Positions 42,013 to 51,912 of a stretch of 64,000 bases of DNA are shown here, piece after piece. The stretch is from an uncultured Ignavibacteriales bacterium (GTDB lineage Bacteria; Zixibacteria; MSB-5A5; GN15; FEB-12). The stretch's first letter is position 1. Every line of letters starts with the position of its first letter. The translations under genes were made by a program, and so were the position numbers. The stretch lies in assembly GCA_964464605.1 (NCBI GenBank), contig CAYXJN010000001.1:317068-381067 (forward strand), given 5' to 3'. The notes beneath the pieces were generated by a model. The model was not told the DNA's origin. It ran no database searches and saw nothing but the letters and a program-made list of their open reading frames with translations.

Positions 42013-42225
42013 ACTGTATTCCTTGCTTCTTCGTTTCTGTAACCGCAGGTGATGGGGGCACCGAAGCGCCGCCCATCAGTCTGCTTGTCATACCCCCGGT
42101 GCGCTTCACAGCGCGCCAACTAACGTCTCTGCTGCCCCGCGACAGTATCGCGCGGGGGTCTGACAGATGATGTCAGTCTAAATGCAGGTGAGTTCGAGGG
42201 GAGTTGAAATGTGAAGTGGGGGATT

Positions 42226-42253
42226 AAAAAAGACCCGCTTTAGCGGGTCTTTT
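42226..42253. terminator. intrinsic terminator after the 42274-42753 lipoprotein gene
   Basis: AAAAAAGACCCGC-ttta-GCGGGTCTTTT. Confidence 0.75.
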
Positions 42254-42273
42254 GCTGCCAATGTAAAATCTAA

Positions 42274-42753
42274 CTACTGAACTTTGACGAGTTTGAGTTC
42301 CTTGAAGTTCGAGCCCTCTAAAAGCGTCATAACAAGGGTGTCACCTCTTTGAATCAAGGTAAAGGTGCCTTCCGGATCTTCAGTTGAGATACAGGCTACA
42401 AACTGTCCGCCCATCGGTACGGAAGAAAGCTTCTGCATCTTCACACCAGTAGTCAGAACATAGTTACCGGATACTTTGCAGAAGGAGTGCGAACCGAGAT
42501 TCGGTGAACCGGTATCGATGGTCATGAAATAACGGGGGTCATCGAAAGTCCAGTTGATCGGTTGCTCAAAGCGTTGTTCGTTCTGCGCGCCGAAATTACG
42601 AACGTATGCGTATTCACCCTTATAAACACCTTTAAGGGTTGGATCGGGCGGGAGAATAATGTCGCTGGCACATCCGGACAAAAAGGCCGCGATGGCTACT
42701 GAAATCAGGGTTGCTGCTATTACGATTTGTTTCATGGTCCTACTCTTCATCAT
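42274..42753 (-). CDS. hypothetical lipoprotein
   Basis: Signal peptide with LSGC lipobox. Confidence 0.75.
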   Translation of the reverse strand: MMKSRTMKQIVIAATLISVAIAAFLSGCASDIILPPDPTLKGVYKGEYAYVRNFGAQNEQRFEQPINWTFDDPRYFMTIDTGSPNLGSHSFCKVSGNYVLTTGVKMQKLSSVPMGGQFVACISTEDPEGTFTLIQRGDTLVMTLLEGSNFKELKLVKVQ

Positions 42754-42997
42754 TCATCTTCTAAGCGAATCGAAAATATATAGTCGGGTCACAGGTCGCA
42801 CAACCGGAAAATGAATCGCCGTTGCGCCTTGGTGAAAGGACGGCGAAACGATAGATTTCGTTTAATGCCAACCATTATGCTATCTTATTGTATGTCAATT
42901 GATTGAACGGCGATTTTCGGGATTCTCGATGGGATTTTTGGGCTTACAGGCGTGACTGACGGGATTACCGGGAGAAACGGCCCTTTCTAAAATCGTG

Positions 42998-43026
42998 TTG
43001 ACTTGGTACTGGGGTACCTATACCAT
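42998..43026 (+). promoter_or_regulatory. sigma70-like promoter of the candidate sRNA
   Basis: TTGACT-N17-TACCAT. Confidence 0.55.
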
Positions 43027-43031
43027 TGCCC

Positions 43032-43113
43032 GGAAGCCGCTCCCTTGGTTCGCTTAAAATAGAGATTCCCCCCTCTGTCTCTATTTTGACACCATCGGGC
43101 GGCTTCTTTTTTT
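43032..43113 (+). ncRNA. candidate small RNA (long hairpin, C-rich loop, U7 tail)
   Basis: GAAGCCGCTC/GGGCGGCTTC outer stem; AAAATAGAGA/TCTCTATTTT inner stem; loop TTCCCCCCTCTG; T7 follows; promoter directly upstream. Confidence 0.5.
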
Positions 43114-43142
43114 ATGGAGAATGAGCGGCGTGATTACAGCGA

Positions 43143-43604
43143 TCAGTTGCTATAGGTAGACGTATTACTGAACGAGAAGATTTTCCATTTTCCGTTTTTC
43201 AAATGCACGCCGAATTTGGTCATGTATCCTTTGGATTCTTCTTTATCGACAAAGGTAACTTCCACATTGGCGATATCTTCGGCAAGCATTTCGGTTGTGT
43301 TCACAATCCGCTGATAAGAAAACCAGCGCTTTTTCGTGATACCTTCATCGACTAAATCATCCAAAATCTGCTCCGGGCCGGTAAACGTGCGCGGAGAATC
43401 GGACTGAAGTGAATAATCCTGGTTAGCAGGCTTCATCAATTCCGCTAAATCAAGTAGGTGGGCAATAGTTGCGCGGTCGTTTCGTTCCATAGCGCCGAAT
43501 AAGGCAATGACCGCTTCGCGCGGTGTATCGGGTGAACTTCTTCCGCAAGAGATAACCAACGCAATAGCAACCAGGGCAGTGGTTATCCAGCAGACAAACT
43601 TCAC
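43143..43604 (-). CDS. hypothetical lipoprotein (NTF2/DUF4878-like)
   Basis: VISC lipobox; TPREAV..F and NGKWKI pattern. Confidence 0.7.
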   Translation of the reverse strand: MKFVCWITTALVAIALVISCGRSSPDTPREAVIALFGAMERNDRATIAHLLDLAELMKPANQDYSLQSDSPRTFTGPEQILDDLVDEGITKKRWFSYQRIVNTTEMLAEDIANVEVTFVDKEESKGYMTKFGVHLKNGKWKIFSFSNTSTYSN

Positions 43605-44560
43605 AGTTTTCCTCCGACTATGGAGACGCGGTGAGTGTCGCCTAAATCACTGCTTGGAGAAAATGAATATGAGAATTGGAGTTGCTTGAAATTGACGCCG
43701 GCGCCGAAAGAGATACCGGCTAAGTTGTCATCAGAGTTGTCGGCCTTCATGTCGATTCCGTAGCTGTTCCAGCCGGCGCGCAAAAAGAGCGGTTCGAGTT
43801 TTTTTACTTCAACGCCGAGCGCAACGCCGGGGTTGCGATCATAGGGAATCATAATATCACTCGTGAATACCGTGAATAAGTTGCGCGGGGCAAATGACCC
43901 GCCTAAACGGCCGGTAACGGGAAGCGGGTCTTTTTCCGTGCCGAGTCCTGATAGCTGGGTGCCGATGTTTTGAATCGCCGCGCCGATAGTGTAGCGGTTG
44001 CGGTTCGCCGTGTATTTTCCGCCCAGATCGACCGCAAAACCGGTGGCGGAATATTCATCAACTTTTTGGTAGATACCCTTTACTGTTCCGCCGACCGAAA
44101 CGAAATAGTTCATTTGGTGCGCGAAAGTCGCACCCAGCACGATACTCCCGCCGCTGAAATCACCTAATACCGTCGCATCCTCATCGGTGCGGGTAAAGGT
44201 ACCGTAATTCAGGTAGCTGATTTGAACACCGAAAGCGTTAACATCATTGAGCTTTTTGGTAAGACCGACAAAGCCGCTCTGTAGATCGACCAGATAATTT
44301 TGGTAGGAAGCGATAAAACGCATCCCCTCAAGACCGGTGATACCGGCCGGGTTGTAATAGAGCGCCGATTCATCATCTGCCAGCCCGGTCGCCGCGCCAC
44401 CCATCCCCTGTACCCGCGCGCCGCTATGCAATTTCAAAAACGGGAACGCGGTTGTACCGGAATTCTTGTTGGCTGATCCGGCTGTAACCGTGCTGCTCAC
44501 TATGCCGAGTAAAAACGCTATGAGAATGAGAAAACGGGCAAAAGTCATGTGCATCTTCAT
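43601..44560 (-). CDS. PorV/PorQ-family outer-membrane beta-barrel
   Basis: FLKLHSGARVQGMGGA..ALYYNPAG and C-terminal LGDTHRVSI. Confidence 0.82.
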   Translation of the reverse strand: MKMHMTFARFLILIAFLLGIVSSTVTAGSANKNSGTTAFPFLKLHSGARVQGMGGAATGLADDESALYYNPAGITGLEGMRFIASYQNYLVDLQSGFVGLTKKLNDVNAFGVQISYLNYGTFTRTDEDATVLGDFSGGSIVLGATFAHQMNYFVSVGGTVKGIYQKVDEYSATGFAVDLGGKYTANRNRYTIGAAIQNIGTQLSGLGTEKDPLPVTGRLGGSFAPRNLFTVFTSDIMIPYDRNPGVALGVEVKKLEPLFLRAGWNSYGIDMKADNSDDNLAGISFGAGVNFKQLQFSYSFSPSSDLGDTHRVSIVGGKL

Positions 44561-44616
44561 TGCTGATACCTTTCCATCGAGGCTCTGTTTCTAAAGATAG
44601 CAAAACTCGATAGTTG

Positions 44617-45102
44617 TTACCAGCTTTTACTTATTTTATTAAATATCGATTGCACCAGGAGTTCAAGCGCCTTGTTCTGGCCGATCTCTTCGGTTTCTTC
44701 TGCTACTGAGTATACGCCTATCTGGTTCATTCGTTCGCGCCAGATATCGGTATCTTCCCCCGGCTTTTTCAGGGCGACCTCGAAATCCATGTAGACAGCA
44801 TATTCGGTTACCTGGTCGTTGGCGTCGTAGACGTGCGGGCGGCGTTCATACCGGGTAAGACTGCCGACCAAAATCGCTTCGGCGCTGTTGGCATCCATGA
44901 CCTTTATGGTACCATCGGCGACAAACCGGTCGATGATAAAATTGGTCATCCGGTCGGAAATGGTAAATTCGGCGGTTTCGTTTTGGAAACGTTCGATAGC
45001 GATGCTTTTGATTGTCGGTTTACCCTTGGGATTAAAGGTATACGGCTGGCACCCAACCATCATGAAGGCTACAACGAGTATGAAGAGGAGTGAGTATCTC
45101 AT
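44617..45102 (-). CDS. LptE-family lipoprotein
   Basis: MVGC lipobox; IKSIAIERFQNET and AILVGSL; start reassigned to MRYSLL. Confidence 0.75.
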   Translation of the reverse strand: MRYSLLFILVVAFMMVGCQPYTFNPKGKPTIKSIAIERFQNETAEFTISDRMTNFIIDRFVADGTIKVMDANSAEAILVGSLTRYERRPHVYDANDQVTEYAVYMDFEVALKKPGEDTDIWRERMNQIGVYSVAEETEEIGQNKALELLVQSIFNKISKSW

Positions 45103-45103
45103 A

Positions 45104-46372
45104 TTATTTTCCGACGACGACCCGTCCCTTTTTAATGACTTTGCTCGCCAAATTGACGGCGTAATGATACGGCATTTCACGGTAGTCAGCCATATCCCAA
45201 ACCACTATATCAGCTACCATTCCTTCCCGCAATTGTCCTAATTTTCCGGCCCGGTCAACGGCGCAGGCCGCGTTGACGGTCACAGCGGAAATCGTTTCGG
45301 CCGCTGTCATCTTATACTGCAAAGCGGCCAGTGAGGTCATGAACGGAAGTGATTCCGAATAACTCGAACCGGGATTACAATCAGTCGCCAAAGCGACCGC
45401 GACACCGGCATCGATCAGCTTTCGCGCCGGAGCATACGATGACAATCCAAGCGAAAACGTCGTTCCCGGCAAAAGCACGGCAACCGTCCCAGCCTTTTTC
45501 ATCGCTTTGATTCCTGCGTCAGTGATGAACATTAAGTGATCAGCCGAAATCGCACCTAACTCACCGGCCAGTTCCGCGCCGCCGAGGGGGGTGAGTTCAT
45601 CAGCGTGGAATTTTAGTTTAAACCCGGATTTTTTAGCGGCAGTCTGGATTTTTCTGGATTGTGCAATATCGAACACACCTGTTTCGGTGAAGATGTCGGA
45701 AAATTCGGCTAAGTGCATCGATGCAATCTTCGGGATCATTTCGTTCGCGACCATTTCGACGAACGCATCCGTCTTACCGACGAATTCATCCGGCACATCA
45801 TGCGCTCCTAAGAGTGTCGGGACAATGCCGATCGGATGCGAGTAGCTTAGATTACGAAGCACTTCCAGTTGCGTAATTTCCGATTCAGTGGAAAGTCCAT
45901 AGCCGGATTTTGCTTCGACGGTTGTAACACCGTAATTCAGCATTCGGTCGAAGCGCAGCCATGTTGATGCGGTCAGTTGTTCCGCCGAAGTTTCCCGCAG
46001 GTGTCTTACTGATGAACGTATTCCGCCACCGGCTTGCGCTATTTCCATATAAGTTTTACCGGCGATACGCATTTCAAATTCGAGTTCACGTGTTTTGGAA
46101 AATACCGGATGCGTGTGCGGATCAATAAAACCGGGTGTTGCCACGCCACCTTTGGCGTCGATAACTTTGCATCCTTCTGAAAGCGGAACACGGCCGACAA
46201 CCGTTTCTGCCGGTCCGACGGCAAGAATCTCTTCACCTGCGCAGGCTAAGCCGGCGTTTTCGATAATGCCGAGATCATTCATCGATGCGCCAATGCGCGG
46301 CACCGGACCTTCCATGGTGATTAGCTGACGGATATTTTTGATAAGGACAGTAGCTTTACGTTCCGGGGGCAT
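45104..46372 (-). CDS. hutI: imidazolonepropionase
   Basis: PGFIDPHTH, GGGIRSSV, EAKSGYGL, HADE, SADHL and ATDCNPGS motifs. Confidence 0.95.
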   Translation of the reverse strand: MPPERKATVLIKNIRQLITMEGPVPRIGASMNDLGIIENAGLACAGEEILAVGPAETVVGRVPLSEGCKVIDAKGGVATPGFIDPHTHPVFSKTRELEFEMRIAGKTYMEIAQAGGGIRSSVRHLRETSAEQLTASTWLRFDRMLNYGVTTVEAKSGYGLSTESEITQLEVLRNLSYSHPIGIVPTLLGAHDVPDEFVGKTDAFVEMVANEMIPKIASMHLAEFSDIFTETGVFDIAQSRKIQTAAKKSGFKLKFHADELTPLGGAELAGELGAISADHLMFITDAGIKAMKKAGTVAVLLPGTTFSLGLSSYAPARKLIDAGVAVALATDCNPGSSYSESLPFMTSLAALQYKMTAAETISAVTVNAACAVDRAGKLGQLREGMVADIVVWDMADYREMPYHYAVNLASKVIKKGRVVVGK

Positions 46373-46430
46373 GATTATGGTAATACTAAGAACTTTTTAA
46401 GAACAAAAGACACAACGTGTCTGTCGTGCC

Positions 46431-48116
46431 TCACTTTTTTAGCATGGGGATTTTGACGTTCTGTTTTTTTGCAACCGCGATTGCTTCTTTGTAACCGGCA
46501 TCAACATGGCGAATAATTCCCATACCGGGGTCGCAGGTCAGCACACGCTCAAGCCGTTTGGCTACTTCATCGGTGCCATCGGCAACAATCACCATTCCGG
46601 CATGAATCGAGTTGCCGATCCCGACTCCGCCGCCATGATGCAGCGACACCCAGCTTGCGCCGGAAATCGAATTGAGCATCGCGTTCAATAGCGGCCAGTC
46701 GGCAATGGCATCGGAGCCATCGAGCATCCCTTCCGTTTCACGATACGGCGAGGCCACCGAGCCGCAATCCAAATGATCCCGCCCGATAACCATCGGTGCC
46801 GAAAGCTTCCCTTTTTTCACGTATGAGTTCATGATATCGCCGAACAATGCGCGTTCACCATAGCCAAGCCAGCAAACACGCGCCGGTAAACCCTGGAACG
46901 GTACTTTTTCGGAAGCGAGTTTTATCCAGCGCATCAAGAGTTCATTTTTGGAGAATTGCTCCTGCACGATTTTGTCGGTAACGGCGATATCTTTCGGATC
47001 ACCGGATAAAGCAACCCAGCGGAAAGGACCTTTTCCTTCGCAAAAAAGCGGGCGGATGTATTCAGGCACGAAGCCGTTAAAGTCAAATGCATTGCGTAGT
47101 CCGCCGGTTTTGGCTTGTCCGCGAAGGTTATTACCGTAATCGAACACGACTGAACCAGCTTTGCTGAATTTGACCATCGCGTCGCAGTGTTTCACCATCG
47201 ATGCATATGATTTTTCGATATAGCCCTTCGGATCGGATTTACGAAGACGGACCGCTTCGCTGACGGTCATCCGCTCCGGAATGTAGCCATTCAATTCGTC
47301 GTGGGCGGAAGTTTGATCGGTCACCATGTCAGGAATAATTCCACGGCGGAAAATTTCCGGAAACACTTCAGCGCAATTGCCGACTAATCCGACCGATGTT
47401 GGTTTGTTTGCTTTGGCGGCATCCTTGATAATTTTGAGCGCTTTGTCGAGTTCCTTGACTTTGACATCGCAAAAACCTTGATCAACCCGGCGGTTGATTC
47501 GGGATTCATCGACCTCGACAACCAATACCGATGCTCCGGCCATAGTCGCGGCTAACGGCTGAGCGCCACCCATACCCCCCATACCGCCGGTGAGAATCCA
47601 GCGATTGGCGAGTGTTCCGCCATAATGTTTTTGCGCGGCGGCGGCGAACGTTTCGAATGTTCCCTGAATGATTCCCTGTGTGCCGATATAAATCCAGCTT
47701 CCGGCCGTCATCTGCCCGTACATAATAAGTCCAAGCTTTTCAAGCTGACGGAATTTTTCCCACGTTGCCCATGCCGGTACCAAATTGGAATTGGCTAACA
47801 ATACTCGCGGCGCCTGATCATGCGTGCGGAAAATACCGACCGGTTTGCCGGACTGGATTAACAGTGTTTCATCATTGGCGAGTGAGGTGAGGGACTTAAC
47901 GATGGCGTGATAACAGTCCCAATTGCGGGCGGCTTTGCCGGACCCGCCATAGACAATCAGCTCATCCCGTTTTTCGGCGACTTCCGGGTTGAGATTGTTG
48001 TTGAGCATCCGAAGCGCGGCTTCCTGATGCCAGCCTTTACAGACGAGGGTTTGCGCGCCGGTTTTGCTGCTTTTGGCGACCGGCTTTCCCTTCTTTTTTT
48101 CCGCTACTAAAGCCAT
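46431..48116 (-). CDS. hutU: urocanate hydratase (start uncertain)
   Basis: [36 protein letters not shown] and HHGGGVG motifs. Confidence 0.97.
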   Translation of the reverse strand: MALVAEKKKGKPVAKSSKTGAQTLVCKGWHQEAALRMLNNNLNPEVAEKRDELIVYGGSGKAARNWDCYHAIVKSLTSLANDETLLIQSGKPVGIFRTHDQAPRVLLANSNLVPAWATWEKFRQLEKLGLIMYGQMTAGSWIYIGTQGIIQGTFETFAAAAQKHYGGTLANRWILTGGMGGMGGAQPLAATMAGASVLVVEVDESRINRRVDQGFCDVKVKELDKALKIIKDAAKANKPTSVGLVGNCAEVFPEIFRRGIIPDMVTDQTSAHDELNGYIPERMTVSEAVRLRKSDPKGYIEKSYASMVKHCDAMVKFSKAGSVVFDYGNNLRGQAKTGGLRNAFDFNGFVPEYIRPLFCEGKGPFRWVALSGDPKDIAVTDKIVQEQFSKNELLMRWIKLASEKVPFQGLPARVCWLGYGERALFGDIMNSYVKKGKLSAPMVIGRDHLDCGSVASPYRETEGMLDGSDAIADWPLLNAMLNSISGASWVSLHHGGGVGIGNSIHAGMVIVADGTDEVAKRLERVLTCDPGMGIIRHVDAGYKEAIAVAKKQNVKIPMLKK

Positions 48117-48274
48117 GGGGAGGAATATAGATGAGTTGGCAGAGAGAGTCAAACGCGACAATACCGTGAAATTTTTTCCATTATTCGCGGGTGTTCTGCA
48201 GAGAAATAGTGTAAGTCGTTCATTCTTTCATTGTTTTTGTTGAATTGTTTGTCAACTATTTCAATCATGTTCGC

Positions 48275-48847
48275 ATGGCACGAATTCAAAAACCACCAGC
48301 CGGACGATTGGTCGTTTCGGTTATTCATTCCTCTCTCGACGCGCTTGCTGACGGATTAAAAGCGCTCGAAAAACGGTTTGGACGAGTTCAGTTTGAAACC
48401 GAAGGGGCAGATTGTCAGGACGCCGAAATGTACCGCGAAGAAATGGGCTCCGGACTGCAGCGTCGGTTTTTCTCATTCGATCGCGCAGTATGGCGGGACA
48501 CGCTTCCCGAACTGAAAGCGACTTGCCACAAAATTGAAGCACAGTTTGCCGACCGTGTGCGGGATGATTTCTTTTTCCGTACGATCAATATCGATCCGGG
48601 AATTTTATCACCGACTAATCTGACTATGGCATCGCATCGTGAGTTGGGACATCGCGTGTATTTGCATGATGGTGTCTTCGCAGAGTTGGCGTTAGTGTAT
48701 AGTCGCGGTCATTTCGTGCGGCTCCCCTGGACAAGTCCGGACTATATTACGCCGGAGACAATCGAATTTCTCACCAACGTTCGTGGTGGATTCAACCTTA
48801 TCTATGCCGAGAACGAACAGTCGATGATGGCTGTCGGCAGTCGATAA
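48275..48847 (+). CDS. DUF4416 family protein
   Basis: YREEMG.GL.RRF, RTINIDPG, HRVYL and LPWTSPDY motifs. Confidence 0.8.
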   Translation: MARIQKPPAGRLVVSVIHSSLDALADGLKALEKRFGRVQFETEGADCQDAEMYREEMGSGLQRRFFSFDRAVWRDTLPELKATCHKIEAQFADRVRDDFFFRTINIDPGILSPTNLTMASHRELGHRVYLHDGVFAELALVYSRGHFVRLPWTSPDYITPETIEFLTNVRGGFNLIYAENEQSMMAVGSR

Positions 48848-48886
48848 TCTCATTTCCAAAGTAATCTACAGGTAGTTTACGTGTGA

Positions 48887-48912
48887 GCGGCGCATATACC
48901 ATGCGCCGCTTT
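48887..48912 (+). terminator. terminator after DUF4416
   Basis: AGCGGCGCAT-atacc-ATGCGCCGCT followed by T's. Confidence 0.6.
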
Positions 48913-48996
48913 AATTTTGACCCCTAAAATGCCGTTGGCATCCTTGCCGCCGATTGCTATCTTTACTCGCTCGTAGCAGGGAGTAAAAGATAACAT

Positions 48997-49070
48997 GCCT
49001 CCGTAGCTCAACTGGATAGAGCATCTGCCTTCGGAGCAGAGGGTTGCGGGTTCGAATCCTGCCGGGGGTA
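48997..49070 (+). tRNA. tRNA-Arg(TCG), CCA not encoded
   Basis: Cloverleaf: GCCTCCG/CGGGGGT acceptor, TAGCTCAACTGGATAGAGC D-arm, TCTGC-CTTCGGA-GCAGA anticodon arm, GGTTCGAATCC T-arm. Confidence 0.95.
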
Positions 49071-49118
49071 CTAGGATAAAGAAAAAACGCTGAGAATCTA
49101 TAGTCAGATGGAGGTCTC

Positions 49119-49625
49119 ATGTCTTTCAAGCAAGTTGTCTTATCTCTTGTCCTGTTCTGCTGCTGTGCGACAGCATCCGCAGAAATTACCCTCAAGAAAA
49201 ATTTCTTTACTGGTTGGAAATTCTCAACCGATGGAACAAAATATCAAAAAGTCGGATTTTCAGGGACAAAGCTATATGACGCTATGGTTGGTAATGAAGC
49301 AGCGCAAAAGCGAATGAAGAGTTATAAAACCGCAAAGACATGGTCTGCTATTACCGGAATTCCCGGTGGAGCATTGATAGGGTGGCCCATTGGCGGATAT
49401 ATCGGTGGCGGTGAGTGGAAAGATGGATATACGGAAATGATCATTGTAGGTGGAGCTCTTGCGGTCATTTCAACTATTTTCGAAACAACCGCAACCAGTA
49501 ATCTTAAAAAGGCAGTGAAAATCTACAACGAAGGGAACACATCGGTCAGCTTCAAGCTGGATTATAAAAAAAATGAGAACACTGGCCGGCAGTTCATGTT
49601 TGCCGCTGTAACATACGAATTTTAA
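49119..49625 (+). CDS. hypothetical exported or membrane protein
   Basis: GGAGG RBS; signal peptide; two Gly-rich hydrophobic segments followed by KAVKIYN. Confidence 0.75.
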   Translation: MSFKQVVLSLVLFCCCATASAEITLKKNFFTGWKFSTDGTKYQKVGFSGTKLYDAMVGNEAAQKRMKSYKTAKTWSAITGIPGGALIGWPIGGYIGGGEWKDGYTEMIIVGGALAVISTIFETTATSNLKKAVKIYNEGNTSVSFKLDYKKNENTGRQFMFAAVTYEF

Positions 49626-49644
49626 ATGTCAATACGGAGATAGT

Positions 49645-50514
49645 ATGCATACCAAACAATACTTCCGAATACTGTTTGTTCTACTAGGCTTTCTTGTTGC
49701 GGAGCCATTGAGTGCTCAAGTTACTTGGATGCAGCCATACAATAGTCATTGTGTATCTGCGGAATATCGTAACGCGATCGGTTTAGAAGATGGGGATGCA
49801 ACCGGATTTGCTTTGTTGCTGAACGGGCGGTACCGCTTCACTCCCACCATTCAAAGCATGTTTCAACTGCCGGTTAGTTATGGAAAAGCACCCGATTACT
49901 TTTTTGGTAATGGTGGCTCGTCGATTTATCTCGGTAATTTATACTATGGCGTCGAATTTGGCCATGTCGATCGTTCATCTGGCATATTGCAGATAGGGAT
50001 GCGGTTACCCACGGGCAGTATAGACGATTTTGATGAATATATAGCTGCCAGCTACGGTACGACGTTAGTGTATGAACAATTTGAAGCATATTATCCGGAC
50101 ATGTTGTCTCTGCATGGCGCGGGAGGGTATCGAACTATTTGTAAGAAAAACAATGTCGTTCGGTGCCAGTGGGAAACGCTGTTCGGGGCAACGTTCATAA
50201 AGCCCGAAGATGTTGATGCGGAGGTATTCATTGATGGGAATTCCACACTCTGGCTGCATACGACGTATTTTCGTTTCGGGTTTGGCGGTATTATGCGGGG
50301 GATTCTTACGGAAGATGTAGACGATCTCGGTGATCGATTTAACTTTCAGGGCGGCTTGTCGATTGTAGGCGTTTTTGGTCAGATTCGGCCCCTGATTGGT
50401 ATTACCGTGCCGTTCTCCGATCCCTTAAGCCAACAGTATGATTTTACTATTGCTGCAGGTCTGGGCTTTGACTTCGGAGGAAATGAGATATCCTCCTCTG
50501 ACGATGAACTTTAA
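49645..50514 (+). CDS. hypothetical outer-membrane beta-barrel-like protein
   Basis: Signal peptide; alternating aromatic/Gly strands; GMRLPTG motif. Confidence 0.65.
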   Translation: MHTKQYFRILFVLLGFLVAEPLSAQVTWMQPYNSHCVSAEYRNAIGLEDGDATGFALLLNGRYRFTPTIQSMFQLPVSYGKAPDYFFGNGGSSIYLGNLYYGVEFGHVDRSSGILQIGMRLPTGSIDDFDEYIAASYGTTLVYEQFEAYYPDMLSLHGAGGYRTICKKNNVVRCQWETLFGATFIKPEDVDAEVFIDGNSTLWLHTTYFRFGFGGIMRGILTEDVDDLGDRFNFQGGLSIVGVFGQIRPLIGITVPFSDPLSQQYDFTIAAGLGFDFGGNEISSSDDEL

Positions 50515-50573
50515 GGATGACGATGTTAATTTTCTCTTCGGCGGGCGTGTAACGTTGGATTTGCAGTAATACT

Positions 50574-51062
50574 ATGCTCCCTTGGCGTGTAGCAGTTCTT
50601 TCTCATTTTACCATCGACCAAACACTACATGCAATCGGACGGGTGACCGAACATACCGGCGGTGTTTCGATATTCAGTTTTCCCGAAGATGATAACACAA
50701 CGAAAGTATTGTTCGGAACGATTGACTATGTGCGCAATACATTTCTCCTACGAGAAAGTAGTGATAGAGATTCACGTCATGCTACTCTCTATCAGGGGTA
50801 TGTCGATTACAAAGATGGGAAATGTCATGTGTGGATTTGGGTACGTCCCATATTTTTTTGGGCATTCTTATATAGTGTACTTTTATTTTTGTGCGAGAAA
50901 ATGATGTTCGATGCTTACTTCGATACTACCATGAATCAACAAGAATACCGTAATACAATCCTGATAGGGTTAGGATTCTATGGCATGGCAATTCTCTTTA
51001 CTCATTTGAGTGTTCGCTCAACGAAAAAGCTTTTCTTAAAAATTATTTCCGAGTACAAATAA
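50574..51062 (+). CDS. hypothetical membrane protein (2 C-terminal TMs)
   Basis: 162-aa ORF collinear with its neighbours. Confidence 0.55.
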   Translation: MLPWRVAVLSHFTIDQTLHAIGRVTEHTGGVSIFSFPEDDNTTKVLFGTIDYVRNTFLLRESSDRDSRHATLYQGYVDYKDGKCHVWIWVRPIFFWAFLYSVLLFLCEKMMFDAYFDTTMNQQEYRNTILIGLGFYGMAILFTHLSVRSTKKLFLKIISEYK

Positions 51063-51085
51063 AAACCGAATACATTGTTTTTATA

Positions 51086-51592
51086 ATGCCCATTACCCTT
51101 TCCATAGTACAAGGCGATATCACCACCGCCGATACCGAGGCGATAGTCAATGCTGCCAATAACCGATTCTGGATGGGGTCGGGTGTGGCCGGGGCTATCA
51201 AAGCGGCAGGTGGCGAGGTAATCGAGCAGGAAGCGATGAAAAAAGGACCGGTGATTCCGGGTGAAGCGGTCGCTACCACCGCCGGAACGTTACGATTCAA
51301 ATATATCATTCACGCCGCAGTAATGGGACAGGATTTGCGGACATCCGACAAATTAGTTCGTCAGGCGACGGTCAGTTCGTTGGTGTTAGCGGATCAGTTG
51401 AAGCTCAAATCGCTCGCGTTTCCGGCATTCGGCACCGGAGTCGGTGGGTTTCCGATTAAAGCATGTGCGAATATCATGACAACTGTCGTCCGCAATTACG
51501 GCGATATGACGCAAAACGTAGAACGGGTTGTCTTTTATCTGTTCGATGATGTCGCATATACGGTATTTAACGAAGTGTTATCCGCAAAATAA
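51086..51592 (+). CDS. macro domain protein (ADP-ribose binding/hydrolase)
   Basis: GDIT, IVNAAN..MGSGVAGAI, IIHA and FPAFGTGVGG motifs. Confidence 0.93.
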   Translation: MPITLSIVQGDITTADTEAIVNAANNRFWMGSGVAGAIKAAGGEVIEQEAMKKGPVIPGEAVATTAGTLRFKYIIHAAVMGQDLRTSDKLVRQATVSSLVLADQLKLKSLAFPAFGTGVGGFPIKACANIMTTVVRNYGDMTQNVERVVFYLFDDVAYTVFNEVLSAK

Positions 51593-51912
51593 ATCGCGGT
51601 GCATCCACCGAAGCGAACACACCGCGCACAGCTGGGGTAGGCAGAGAGCTGAGTGGCTTTTTCCCCGTCCAATTGTTCTGCCTGCTTTTGCTACACGAGT
51701 TTGCTCTTCACTGCCTTTAGCGAAGCGAAAATAAACTCTCACTTCTCACTTTTCTATCGCCCGCCCTTCTTTCGCAGGATACTATCTAGTGGTGTCAAAA
51801 ACTGACATTTAATAAATAAGTTTTTGAAAGTGACGTATTGCTACACAACACGATTACCAGATAAATCATGTGGCAAGGGGAATGAAATAGTTGGGAAGAA
51901 AATGTGGAGAGA

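Noticed and set aside
42797..42852. Hairpin TCGCCGT..ACGGCGA as a c-di-GMP or other riboswitch
   Set aside because: I could not match the conserved nucleotides of any riboswitch class I know.
50490..50514. C-terminal DDEL resembling a eukaryotic ER-retention signal
   Set aside because: A four-residue match in a bacterial envelope protein; most likely chance.
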